A stretch of 64,000 bases of DNA from Octopus sinensis (Eukaryota). Shown in pieces: positions 37,311-49,405 of this stretch. Location of the stretch: positions 55,614,001 through 55,678,000 of the forward strand of contig NC_043013.1 of NCBI RefSeq assembly GCF_006345805.1, given 5' to 3'. How positions within the stretch are numbered: the stretch's first letter is position 1; each line of letters opens with the position of its first letter. Made by a program: the position numbers and the translations under genes. The notes below the pieces were generated by a model. That model did no database searches and was not told the origin of the DNA. It was given only the letters and a program-made list of their open reading frames with translations.

Positions 37311-38789
37311 ATAAACTCACTCACACATACAGAGAAAACTATAATACATCTTAAGAAGTAATTTACACCTTCTCTTTAATATAAATTGGGAATAGTTTTA
37401 AAATGTTACCCAATTTCAGAACAAATTGATTTCAACAAAATTCAGACGAATGAATAAATATTAAAAAATAATAATAAAATAAATGTTTTCTACCTTTTTT
37501 ACTAAAGATACTTAATCTGTCTCTTGGTAATTTATTTTCCATCATTAATCATTAACCCATTCTATATTTTTCACAGTGCAACAAATCATAACAATCATTC
37601 CCTTTTTCTCTTTGGTATTCAATATATTTTCTCTGATTAATTCCGTTTCTTTTATCATACCATGTTAGTTTCGGTCACAAATTTTTTTTTTTAATTCCAA
37701 TATTATCTCTTCCACTCGTAATTCCTTAATTCCACTTCTGTAAGCAATTTTATGATAGCAAAATCGCGTTTCACTTTTACTGGTTTGAATAATCACATTC
37801 AAAATTAATCAACAAAAAACTTTCACCAGCAATGAACACTTTGGATGAACTTTACAAATACATTTCAATTCTTTTAGTTTATCGAACAATATTTTCTGGA
37901 GAAAAGCAAAAATTATTTTTGTCTAGATCAAGTAAATGTCTGTTTGTTACCTTAAAAAAACAAAAAACAGATAGCACCAACAATAAACTCAGATAAAAGA
38001 GAATTATTTATTTTCTTATTTAAGGATTTCATTATTAAATTAGAAGCATTTTGTCTTTACATCCTGAGTTCAAATTCCACCGAGGTCAACTTTGCCTCTC
38101 GTCCTTTTGGAGTCAACAAAATAAGTACCAGTTGAGTACTGGGGTTGATGTAATTGAGGTAATCCCTCACCTGAAATTGCTGGCCTTGTGTCAAAATTTG
38201 GAATGCTGGCCTTGTGTAATAAAATTGGAACATTTGTAGAATTACAGTTGCCTGAAAAATTTCTGTTATCCAATTTTCACTTAAAAGTAAAAGAATTCTA
38301 AGTTAGACATGTTTTTGTAAGAAAACCCTTTATTTAAAGTTAGTTGTTTTAGAAATTACTATTGCATATTTAGTGAATAATTCCTGTAGAGGAGGTTATT
38401 ATCTCAGAGTTTCTATTGGTTCAATTAATATTTAGTCAATATTTAATCAATATTTAATCACATAAATATTACACAGTATTGAATCAGAAAGACAAGACTC
38501 AGTGATTCTAGCACTTTAAGAACTTCATTGAAATCGTTTTTATCTGTCAGGGAATATCTATAACTGCAAATGTTTTGAGTGTAGCACGTAAATTTCAAAC
38601 TATGAAACATTATTAAAGATACTCATCACCCATGTTACTGTTACATATCAAAAGAAAATGGGAAACTTCTGGCAGATGAGAGATATTAAGCGAAAGCTCG
38701 AAAGCAAGCTAATGATGAATTTATCAGTAAATATACACAATAGTCGAAATATCTTAACAGATAATGTAATTAAAATTGTATTAGAATCA

Positions 38790-39006
38790 ATACATACATA
38801 CGTACATACATACATACATACATACATACATACATACATACATACATACATACATACATGCATACATACATATTTACATACATACATACATACTTACATA
38901 CATACATCATACATACATACATACATACATACATACCTACATACATACATACATACATACATACTTACATACATACATACTTACATACATACATACTTAC
39001 ATACAT
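38790..39006. repeat. (TACA)n microsatellite
   Basis: Directly visible. Confidence 0.98.
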
Positions 39007-39350
39007 ATATATATGTCTGTATTATATATATTATATATATAAAAGCTGGAAGGCATTAAAGATAAGAGACTTTCATTACAGGTGAATTCCAAGTATTAGC
39101 CATTTGGTGACCAAGATGATAACACTCTTATATACTTATATATTCACTGACTGTCTATTTGCTTGTCTCTTGGATGAGGAACATTTTCTGGAAATGTTGA
39201 ACTTTTTCTCTTCATAGCAAATCAACTTATTGAAATCTTATATAAAAACTTTTATTATTAACTAATTTCTGCTGACACACAGCACAACCAATTCCTGTGA
39301 TTCTAAATTTTGCTGAAAAGGTAAAGTACTCTAGAAACACAACTGGCTGG

Positions 39351-39353
<3 letters not shown>

Positions 39354-39417
<64 letters not shown>

Positions 39418-39499
39418 GAAGAAGCAGGAAGAAGAAGAAGAGGAAGCATCATCATGATCATGATCCTCATTATTATTATCATAATCATTATTATCATAA

Positions 39500-39564
<65 letters not shown>
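39354..39564. repeat. (AAT)n-(AAG)n-(ATC/ATT)n compound microsatellite
   Basis: Directly visible. Confidence 0.98.
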
Positions 39565-39566
39565 TA

Positions 39567-39765
39567 AGGCGGCGAGCTGGCAGAATCATTAGCACACTAG
39601 AAAAAATGCTTAGCAGTATGTTCTAAGTTTCAATTCCGCTGAGTTCAACTTTCATCCTTTCAGGGTCAATAAATTAAGTACCAGTTATGCACTGGGGTCG
39701 ATGTAATCGCCCAACCCCTTTCCCAAATTTCAGGCCTTGTGCCTATAGTAGGAATAATTATTATT
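39567..39765 (+). mobile_element. SINE of the ggcggcgagctggcagaa family (Meta-domain-like centre)
   Basis: Centre ttcatcctttcagggtcaataaattaagtaccagttatgcactggggtcgatgtaatc; tail aaatttcaggccttgtgcc. Fragments also at ~4188-4320, 5330-5660, 10920-11110, 13125-13205, 29090-29250 (-), 33660-33790 (-), 38060-38200 and 44050-44130. Confidence 0.8.
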
Positions 39766-39965
39766 ACTTCTACTTTAGCAAAAGCAGAGGTATTGTTTTC
39801 AGTTGTGTTTGTTTGTTTGTTTGTCTATGGACAAAATATCTCAAGAACCGCTGGATGGATTTGGATGAAACACTAGGGATATTTTGCCTTGTGACTAGCA
39901 TGAACTGATTAGATTTTGGGATCGATCCAGTACCAGACAAGGATTCTGGATTAGTTTTCCAATTT
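39765..39965 (+). mobile_element. Possible Helentron/DINE-type non-autonomous element, 5' part
   Basis: ttagcaaaagcagaggtattgttttc, a (GTTT)n microsatellite, ...ggatggatttggatgaaac..., gatcgatccagtaccagacaaggattc. The layout resembles HINE/DINE-like elements; recognised from memory only. Confidence 0.45.
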
Positions 39966-39974
39966 TTTTTTTAC

Positions 39975-40345
39975 TTACAGATGTTATTAAATTTCCCTAA
40001 GAGTGTGTCACCTGAGTTGAGATCTCTTTTCCATTTCTCGATGCTACAAATAATTAATTCTCCCATGTTGTCTGCTATACTAAATATACCCAAATATTCA
40101 CTTATCCATGTGTGTAGGATCACATCATAGGCTTTCCTATGATCTATCTAGCTTTTACTTCTCAAGATTTTCCCTCACTGCTCCCAGGGCTCCAGCAATT
40201 ATTAATACTACTACTACCTTTTTCATCATCGCAACTGCTTAACCTCCCAAGCTAACCTATCATATCTATCGACTTTTCTTTCTTCCTTACCACATACCTT
40301 GTTGTCAGCTGGGCATGCTATATCTATGGTCAAGCATCATTTGCT
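39975..40345 (-). mobile_element. Restriction-like-endonuclease non-LTR retrotransposon remnant (R4/Dong-like), RLE and RT pieces
   Basis: Minus strand: DIACPADNKVCGKEEK and MKKVVVVLIIAGALGAVRENLEK (RLE domain, ~40165-40325), then *IDHRKAYDVILHTWISEYLGIFSIADN...IEKWKRDLNSGDTLLG (RT; cf. AWIDY.KAYD.VPHSW), ~39985-40150. Confidence 0.7.
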
Positions 40346-40374
40346 TTCTTTCTCAATTAACACTATTATTATCA

Positions 40375-40451
<77 letters not shown>

Positions 40452-41043
40452 TATATTTAATGATTATTATTTCTTTGCACTTAATATTGATCAGGAAGAA
40501 TTCCTTGATCTCTTCTGCACAAGTAGGCGCCATTCAAAACTATGAAAACAAGAAATTGTTTTATGGAACATAAAGCTAAACCTTCTGTAGCTACATCATC
40601 TCTGATGAAACACAGTTAGTCCTGTTTATGCCTGACTAAAGGCACCTCTGTGACATGCCTCAAGGGAGAAGGATGTCCTTCTTAGCCTTTATTATTCCAC
40701 TTGTAATATTGGCATGTTCAAAAGCCTAAAACTGGTGTCATCACCGTTCTAATGAGATTTAATTAAATTTCCTGGGTGTGTTCAAGTAGGACGATGCCTC
40801 ATTTTAAAAGGTGTTAAATGGGGTCACAGAAAATGTGACCTCAAAAATAACTAGTAATTATTGGCTCTTGTCATGTGTCACCCTGGTACAACTAATGTGT
40901 AGAGAGTCAAGAGAGCCTCTGCTTAATAGCTTACTTGCTTTAAAATGGCAGTCAAATTTCTCTCAAATCATACCCTCCATTCTTTAAAACTGAAAATTAA
41001 ATAATTTTATATGGTTGACAATCAAATGAAATAATTAGCAAGT

Positions 41044-41526
41044 CAAGTGAGACCTTAACCGTGGCCTATGCCAGTGCTGTATAACCAGACCACTTAAGAG
41101 TACCCTTCAATCATTGTACAATAAACTATGCTTGCGAAGACTTGTTGAGGCAAGTGAAATTGCTGTCGTGACCAATGACAGTACCACCTGATTGGCACCT
41201 GTGCCAGTGGAATGTTAAAAGCACCATTCGAGCATAATCATTGCCAGGGTCACTGATTCACTCCCGTGCCAGTGGCATGTATTTAAAAAGCACCATTTGA
41301 GTGTGGTTGTTGCCAGTACTGCCTGACTGGGCCTCATGCTGGTGGTATGTAAAAACACCCACTACACTCTTGGATTGGTTTGCATTAGGAAGAACATCCA
41401 GCTGTAGAAACTTTGCCAGACAAGATTGGAGACTGGTGCAGCCTCCTGGCTCACCAGCCCTCAGTCAAATCGTCCAACCCATGCCAGCATGGAAAACAGA
41501 CGTTAAACGATGATGATGATGATGAA
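41044..41526 (+). mobile_element. RTE LINE complete 3' UTR with tail
   Basis: Same UTR as the 17 and 32.5 kb copies (gaagac(c/t)tgttgaggcaagtgaaat, repeat units, ttaggaag..catccagctgtagaaac, ccatgccagcatgg, gatgatgat). Other 3' fragments: 41945-42025 (-), 49865-50050 (-), 53860-54030 (+), 54325-54560 (+), 55150-55340 (-), 63540-63725 (-). Confidence 0.9.
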
Positions 41527-42234
41527 TTATTTGTGAAATGCTTTTAGTCATGTAAATATATATACATTCCTAAATACTTGTACATGCATTACATACAAAT
41601 GTGTGTGTGTGTGTGTGTATGTATGTTTTGTGTGTATGTGTGTGTGTCTAACATAAAAAAAAATTGCTACATCATTCTGAAAGTATATTTGGCAAAGAAT
41701 AAAGAGAGTAAATCTACTGAAATTGCGTATTTTGTTAAAAACATCGCAGTTTATTTTTGACTGAGGAATATCTTGTCATGAACTACCTTGCAGTAATAAA
41801 GAACAGGAACACAAAGAATCTCCTCTTTGACATTAAAATTATGATAACCTAAGTTACAAGAAAGTAGGAGAAATCCTTACTACAAATGTGGCTACAGACA
41901 CTACACACACATTATATTTGTGAAAATATACATAAATATTTGTGTCATCATCATCATCATCATCATCGTTTAACGTCTGCTTTCCATGGATTGGACGATT
42001 TTGACTGAGGGCTGGTGAACCAGGTGTGTGTAAAATTAAAAGGCTAATTGGCAGTTTAGTTAAGACTGATCTATGTTGATAAAATCAATAGTGGGACAAG
42101 AGAAACAAAAACATGTTCATAACTTTCCCTTACCTGCAAACAAAAAGCAAATACACATGAATATTTTTTCATTATTTCTTAAAATCTTCTCCCTCATCTC
42201 CTGTACTTTCTAATAATTGCTGTTGGGTGTCATC

Positions 42235-42259
42235 ATGAAGATAAATAGATAGATAGATA

Positions 42260-42297
<38 letters not shown>

Positions 42298-42922
42298 AGG
42301 CTTTCAAGTTATTGTTAAAGAATAAGGTTTATTGATTGATAGATGTCAATGCTTGATATGTCATCTAGGAATCTAGAGAACACACTGATGTATCCCAAGA
42401 CATGAAATGGGTACTCCAATGGTACTCCAGTTGTATCCATTAGTACTCTATTACTACTCCTTTGAGTAAAAAAAAGAGTACTGTGTTGGTTATGACAATG
42501 AGGGTCCCAGCTGATACGATCAACGGGACAGCCTGCTTGTGAAATTAACGTGCAAGTGGCTGAGCACTCCACAGACACATATGACCTTAATGTAGTTCTC
42601 AGGGAGATTCAGAGTGACACAGAATGTAACATGGCTGGCCCTTTGAAATACAGGTGCCATTCATTTTTGCCACTGAGTGGAACTGGAGCAACATGAAATA
42701 GCGTCTTGCTCAAGGACACAATGCGTTGCCGAGAATTGAACTCATGACCTTATGATCATGAGCCAAGTATCCTAACCACTAAGCTACATGCCTTCCCTAC
42801 TCCATTAGCACTCCATTAGCACTCCATTAGTACTCCATTAGCACTCCATTAGTACTCCATTAGCACTCCATTAGTACCCTATTACTACTCCATTAGCACT
42901 CCATTAGTACCCTGTTACTACT
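42235..42922 (+). repeat. Local duplicated segment, copy 1 (microsatellite + unique sequence + SINE + short minisatellite)
   Basis: Matches 45838 onward with about 4 differences in ~500 bp outside the simple repeats. Confidence 0.95.
42478..42793 (-). mobile_element. tRNA-derived SINE
   Basis: Minus-strand head gcatgtagcttagtggttaggatac...gagttcaattctc; 3' part tgtggagtgctcagccacttgcacgttaatttcac. Duplicate at 46063-46379. Confidence 0.85.
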
Positions 42923-43329
42923 GTCTGGAACTCAAAAGAAAAACAGAATGCACTTATACTAAATTCAAAACTGACTGTGTATGGCTTTCAGTATCTCAGC
43001 TTCACTTAGGTTAATTATCCAAATTCAGGTTTCCCTCTTTGCAACTTTAAATATGCAAATTTCCCATGGTCAAAAATATACTAAACTTTTTCTGTGAGCA
43101 AAGATTTGGAAAATTTGAACAATAAGCAATGTAGCACTGAACTAGTTCAATGAGGTCAATTAAAAGACCAGCACTCATATCCATAATTGTCCCTTGCTTG
43201 CTTTCCCTAAAATCCTTTTGAGAATTTATTCTTATTATTCTTGAACATTGCTAACAGCTGTGACTTGGTTTTGTTTTCTGTTTCTACATCAGAAGAAAAT
43301 TTCAGTCGGTTAAGAATTCATTGCATGTG

Positions 43330-43960
43330 GCATTTCAATATTTTATGCCTTTTGGTGGATTTGTTAAGGAATCAGAGAAGAAATTCCAAACACGGAAGTA
43401 ATGATTCAAACGTAGAGGTCTTAAAGTAAGCCTAGTAAAAAGAACAGTAGAGGTCTTAAAGAAGACAGACTCTGCATGTACAAGTGAGCTAGAGAATTTA
43501 TCTATAAGAACAGGCACAAAATGGATTCTTAGAAATATTTGGAGGGTTCTTGTGAGGTAGTTGGTTGTTTTGAGGTGTTTGTGCAGGAGACCTAATTAGA
43601 GGTGGAAGTGGGTGCTTTGGAACCTTGGTAGTGAGAATTAAATGTCTGGGGAGAAGGTTGTGGAAGATATTTTGCTGTCAATAGAAATTCTTTATAAATG
43701 AAGAATAAAATGTACGATATGTGTGTATATAAAATGGAATAATGTATAGAAACGAAACGTGGAAGCTGAATGCAGAAGGTGAAAAGAAACAAAGTAAGCA
43801 TGGTTCCACTGGATGCGCAATGTTAGTGTAGGTTGGAACAATGATTTACTGATGAGGTAAGAGAAAAATTGAAAATGAGAGGGATCAGATGGAATGTGCA
43901 AGGTAAAGTATGGTACTAGTAAAGCCATGTTCTACATGTGGAGGATGATAATTGAGTCAA
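43330..43960 (+). mobile_element. Old, highly decayed RTE/RTEX RT fragment
   Basis: EKKFQTRK**FKRRGLKVSLVKRT corresponds to EEKFQVWKQGLESKGLKINLAKT in the 18 kb copy; further on MYDMCV, NETWKLNAE and HWMRNVSV appear across frameshifts. Confidence 0.65.
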
Positions 43961-45837
43961 GAGTATCTTTTTCTTTTTCTGCCTTTAACCCTCCAACACA
44001 GAGTTTATAGTGGAATTCCATGTCACATAATTTTTTACTTCTGTACTTATACTCTGGCATATTGGGATCGATCTAATTGACTGGTGCCCTCCCCCAAAAT
44101 TTCAGGCCGTGTGCCTAGAGTAGAAAAGAATAATTGTACTTCACTGATTGTGGCTGAATTAGAGTGAACCATATTGAGAGTTGTATGTGATAATCACCAA
44201 ACGAATGAAAGACTATTAGACATTTAAACATATTGCTTGGTTATTAACTTCAACCTGGTTGTTGTGAAGAGATACTAAGGTCAGTCAGTTAAATATAAGA
44301 ATAATAATTGAAAGGGCTGGCAATGATGCCAGATGGAAGGGGAACTTAATGTGGGAAATTCAAAGTGAAATGAGAAAAATATTAATTACTAAACTCAACT
44401 TTTGCATTTGTATCAGAGTTGAGAAAACCATTTAGGTCATGTGGGAAATAAAATTACCTTTGTTGGTATTTGAGACACTTTGTGGTCAGCCGTATTTACT
44501 ATCCATTTTTGGTTTTGTCTTTTTACATGACAAAGTCAATAAGGAAGGGGAAGCACCTACAAATTTTTTCACAGGGTTTCTGAGATTATTCGGAGAATAA
44601 CAAGAAGTTATATTTATACCAGAAACCCATCGTAAATTCTTTCAACAGAAAGACATCAAAGGTTGCCAAGTGATGTCTTTTAGAAAGGAAACATTTAAGG
44701 ATTCCCTTCACAGAAATAAATGCTTTGTGAAACTAAATGGAGCAGATTATGTACAAGTTTTAGAATCTACAAGTAAAAAAATAAAGAGCACCATTTTCTG
44801 TGCTTTCCTAATAATCAATTGAATGATAGACAGGATAAAAATATTGGTTTTACTTTCTATATTTCATTAAAATATGATTCTTACTCTATTCTGACATTGC
44901 CGAAAAAGAAATCACTGATTTTGTTACATTAATGCTAGAATCAACTTCTTTAAGCTATAAATGACTAGTTTTAAATAACTATTATTATCATAATAATTAC
45001 CATTGATTACAGTAAAAAGTATTTTTAACTAATGATAAAGTACGAAATTTTGATAAAATCATTAAGAATATAAGATTGTTGATTTTGTTTTATTTATCCA
45101 TATAGATTTTCAACTAATTTTCTCAATGCATTTTGGCAATATTTTAGTGCAATGAACCTTATCTAAGATAAAAGTTTTCTCCAAATCAACGTATTGTATT
45201 TTATCCATAATTAATTTTCATATCAAACTTCTGCTTTGATGGAAAAAAAATAGAGCATATAATATATGCAGAATTTCAGATGCATTTAATTATAATTAAT
45301 TCTATTTTGCAACATTTCAATAATAAAAAAAGTTAAATCAATAAATGCATTTCTATTTTCAAAATTACAAAATCATTATACATGAATTAAATATTTCAAT
45401 ATTTTATGAGAAGGAATATTAAGTTGAATGGTAGAATATCATTGCTTTGACTGAAGTGGAAGCAGAAAACTTTGGTTAGTATATCATATGAGTTCATTCC
45501 ATTTTAGATTTAAAGATGGTTAAGGCAACTTCTCATTAGACATAATTTTGAAAGAAGTTTTTAATTGTATCATCTCATTGTATTCTTTAATACCTTTTCA
45601 TTTTTATTGGTTCTTAGTCCTTTAGAAAGATGAAAACCTCACAGATGATTTCTTAAATAAGATGAGAGCAAGTATGAGTGACATTGATGAGGTTTTTAAA
45701 AGAGATGAAGGTTAATATTTCATTGCAATAAATGAGAAGGTGGAGTTTTGGGGATGAAAGACTGCATTTTAAAAAATGACATTATGGGGAGGTTGACAGG
45801 TGAATGAGAAGCAAAGCTAATTCAAATATTATATAAA

Positions 45838-47127
45838 ATGAAGATAAATAGATAGATAGATGGATAGAGAGAGAGAGAGATCAGGCTTTCAAGTTATTGT
45901 TAAAGAATAAAGTTTATTGATTGATAGATGTCAATGCTTGATATGTCATCTAGGAATCTAGAGAACACACTGATGTATCCCAAGACATGAAATGGGTACT
46001 CCAATGGTACTCCAGTTGTACTCCATTAGTACTCTATTACTACTCCTTTGAGTAAAAAAAAGAGTACTATGTTGGTTATGACAATGAGGGTCCCAGCTGA
46101 TATGATCAACGGGACAGCCTGCTTGTGAAATTAACGTGCAAGTGGCTGAGCACTCCACAGACACATATGACCTTAATGTAGTTCTCAGGGAGATTCAGAG
46201 TGACACAGAATGTAACATGGCTGGCCCTTTGAAATACAGGTGCCATTCATTTTTGCCACTGAGTGGAACTGGAGCAACATGAAATAGCGTCTTGCTCAAG
46301 GACACAATGCGTTGCCGAGAATTGAACTCATGACCTTATGATCATGAGCCAAGTATCCTAACCACTAAGCTACATGCCTTCCCTACTCCATTACTACTCC
46401 ATTAGCACTCCATTAGCACTCCATTAGTACTCCATTAGCACTCCATTAGTACTCCATTAGCACCCTATTACTACTCCATTAGCACTCCATTAGTACTCCA
46501 TTAGCATTCCATTAGTACTCCATTACTACTCCATTAGTACCCTATTACTACTCCATTAGCACTCCATTAGTACTCTATTACTACTCCATTAGTACCCTAT
46601 TTCTACTCCATTAGCACTTCATTAGCAGTCCATTAGTACTCCATTAGCACTCCATTAGTACTCTATTACTACTCCATTAGCACTCCATTAGTACACTATT
46701 ATTACTCCATTAGCACACCATTAGTACTCTATTACTACTCCATTAGTACTCCATTAGTATTCCATTAGCACTCCATTAGTACTCTATTACTACTCTATTA
46801 GCACTCCATTAGTACACCATTAGTACTCCATTAGTACTCCATTAGTACTCTATTACTACTCCATTAGCACTCCATTAGTACACCATTAGTACTCCATTAG
46901 CACTCCATTAGTACTCTATTACTACTCCATTAGTACACCATTAGTACTCCATTAGCACTCCATTAGCACTCCATTAGTACTCCATTAGTACTCCATTAGC
47001 ACTCCATTAGTACTCTATTACTACTCCATTAGTACACCATCAGTACTCCATTAGTACTCCATTAGTATTCCATTAGTACTCCATTAGCACTCCATTAGTA
47101 CTCTATTCGTACTCTACTAGTACTCCG
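45838..47127 (+). repeat. Local duplicated segment, copy 2, with expanded minisatellite
   Basis: Starts with the same atgaagataaatagat; ~99% identical to 42235-42796, then the array continues to ~47127. Confidence 0.95.
46383..47127. repeat. 11-bp minisatellite (ACTCCATTAG[C/T]) with variant units, about 65-70 units
   Basis: Directly visible; variants include actctattact and acaccattagt. The paralogous array at 42797-42922 has only about 11-12 units. Confidence 0.97.
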
Positions 47128-48948
47128 TTGTGGAGTGAACTGTTTCAGTATGTTGGTCATTTTCTTTTGGATATCCAAAGGAATGGCTTTGTTCCACTTT
47201 CTATGGAGGAAGAACATTCTTCCACCATTTTCTAACTCTTATTTTAATATTTCACTCTGAAACTTACTGAGTCAAACGTTCTGAAGTTATTTAGGTATGT
47301 TACAGAATTCTATGAAGTATATATCCATTTTTAAACCACTGACTTTATCCAAAGACAATTTTATAATAACCTATACAAATATATATATAAATATAAATTA
47401 TAACAGAGGCAAACTACATGGTAATGCTACATGCTAGAAGAAGATGTCAAATGACTCTAAAACTATCATATATTTATCATGTAGACATGGGCTAAAAGTG
47501 AGGGAAAATGTTTTAAAAAATCATGTCTGTTCATTGCCCTCCCTTTCAGCCCATGTCTATGTGATAAATAAGATAGTTTTAGAGTCATTTGACATCTTCT
47601 TCTAGCATGTAGCACTACCTTGTAATTTGTCCTTATAATTTTTATAAAAAATTATATACTTTGTATTAATTTATACCTAAAAGGTTTTACAAGCTAGCTA
47701 CCTGGTAAAATGCTATATGAATTTTATAATAATAATAATAATAATAATAATATATTATTTGCTAGAATTGTTTCAACACAATGTAGTTTTCCAAGAATAG
47801 AGGTTCATATATCGCCTGAGGAAACACAACTAGATCTCATTATGCAAGCACACAGTTGCATAATCAAGTACCTGTATTCTTGGAGAAGTATGTTGTGTTG
47901 AAACAATTGTAGCAAATAATAAATAAATGTCCAACTGTACTCCTTCTTCCTGACTCCAATTTTTACAGTTTTATATTCACACATGACGAATGCCCAAATT
48001 TAAACTTGGAATTATATAAAAATACTACCAATAGTACTGGGTAATTCTGAAAGTGGATGAGCTTTATCCTGTACTCTACCACGTTCCTAATGGATTAAAA
48101 CATAGCCTACACACACACACACAAAATAATATATCTCCATAGATGTGTGTGTGTATGTGTATAAAATAAACATTCTAAAGTGTTCCTGTATACACAATCT
48201 TCTTGCAGTTGTGTAAATAATAACACATTGTGTTACACAGCTGTAAATTATAATTCATCTCCTTTGCAACTTGAAGTGCTTCAGCTACTGCACAACTGAC
48301 ATGTCTTCAACTGGTTATTTCAAGGACCTAAGGCAGCATATTTATTACAGTTAACAGTAAACAAAATCATTTTCCCCTAACAGTTTCCAATAGACTTGAA
48401 GTAGAAGCCTTCGTGTATGATGCTGTGAAAGAAATATTTATTTCCATGGAGAAATTGCAGCTCATCTGTTGTTATTAAGTTATAAACGATAATCTATGGT
48501 ATGAAGCACATTTAAACTCTTAATAGGAAGGAATAGATATAAAATATTTAATATCTGATGTTTATAATATAGTATCACAACTCCTTAATTTAAACATTTC
48601 TCTCTTCATACAAGTGTTATAATGGTATAAATGACCAAGAACTAAATTATATTTGGTAAATTGAATTGATGGAACTTGTCCAAACTGTTGATCAGCTTCA
48701 TGTGAATCACAGCCTTCTTTACCAGAATGGAGGAATGGCGGCAAAACAAACTGAACCAGAACAAACAGTGCTATTAAGAATTTAAAGTGAATTTGATATC
48801 TTATTTATACAGAGATAATTAAAAAAATATTGTTGGAGATAAAATAAATAAATAAAACTGTAGAACCTGACTATTTCTGAGAACAGGAATTACCATTCTC
48901 CAGTTGCAGATTGCAGTATTTACTCTGGTTCTTAACATTCTGAGTTCA

Positions 48949-49351
48949 CAGTTCTATAATTAAGAGATGAGGAATTATGTACCTTATTTACATTATTTAC
49001 TTTTGATGGATATTTGTCCTCATCTTGTTTGTTATTAACATATTTCGGCTGATATACCCTCCAGCCTTCATCAGGTGTCTTGGGGAAATTTCGAACCTGA
49101 GTTCTCATTCCTAAGGCATTTTTTCGATTTTATTATTATTACTATTCAGGCCACTGCCTGGAATTGAACTCGGAATCTTGGGATTAGTAGCTCACACTCT
49201 TAACCACTATGCCATATAGTCATGGGCATATGGCTTAGTGCTTCAAAATTTCCCCAAGACACCTGATGAAGGCTGGAGAGTATATCAGCCGAAACGTTGT
49301 GCTAACAACAAACAAGATGAGGACAAATATCCGTCAAATGTAAATAATGTA
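48949..49351 (-). mobile_element. Hammerhead-SINE copy (minus, 48949-49243) with a head-to-head inverted partial copy (plus, 49244-49351)
   Basis: Reverse complement of 48949-49243 aligns with 15511-15790. 49244-49351 repeats the tail (caaaatttccccaagacacctgatg...gtaaataatgtaaataatg) on the plus strand. Confidence 0.85.
49258..49303 (+). ncRNA. Minimal type I hammerhead ribozyme-like motif (best-conserved core)
   Basis: GACAC-CTGATGA-A-GGCTG-gagagtatat-CAGCC-GAAA-CG-T-T-GTGCT. Stem II is a perfect 5 bp with a G-C closing pair; stem I has one mismatch. Confidence 0.65.
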
Positions 49352-49405
49352 AATAATGTATTCTGAGTTCAAATCCCACTTTATTTTTCATCCCTCTAAG
49401 CTTAA

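Noticed and set aside
39283-40522. Plus-strand exon candidates 39283-39320 (QPIPVILNFAEK) and 40495-40522 (EEFLDLFCT), which chain in phase
   Set aside because: The splice signals are plausible, but the peptides are short and unrecognised, and equally good candidates exist on the opposite strand. Not supportable without RNA data.
43303-43430. Apparent exon with strong acceptor and gtaagc donor (ORF 43241-43429)
   Set aside because: Another frame matches the RT of the RTE family (EKKFQ...GLKV), so it is LINE debris.
45626-45710. Plus-strand exon candidate KDENLTDDFLNKMRASMSDIDEVFKRDE
   Set aside because: It could equally be a very decayed RT segment (LTDDF resembles YADD), and it does not chain with neighbouring candidates.
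42235-47127. LTR retrotransposon (two ~99% identical direct repeats starting near TG around a 2.9-kb interior)
   Set aside because: No CA end, PBS, PPT or TSD; the interior has no gag/pol and contains much older RTE and SINE debris.
46383-47127. Minisatellite as a coding repeat
   Set aside because: The 11-bp unit brings TAG or TAA into frame every 33 bp on both strands.
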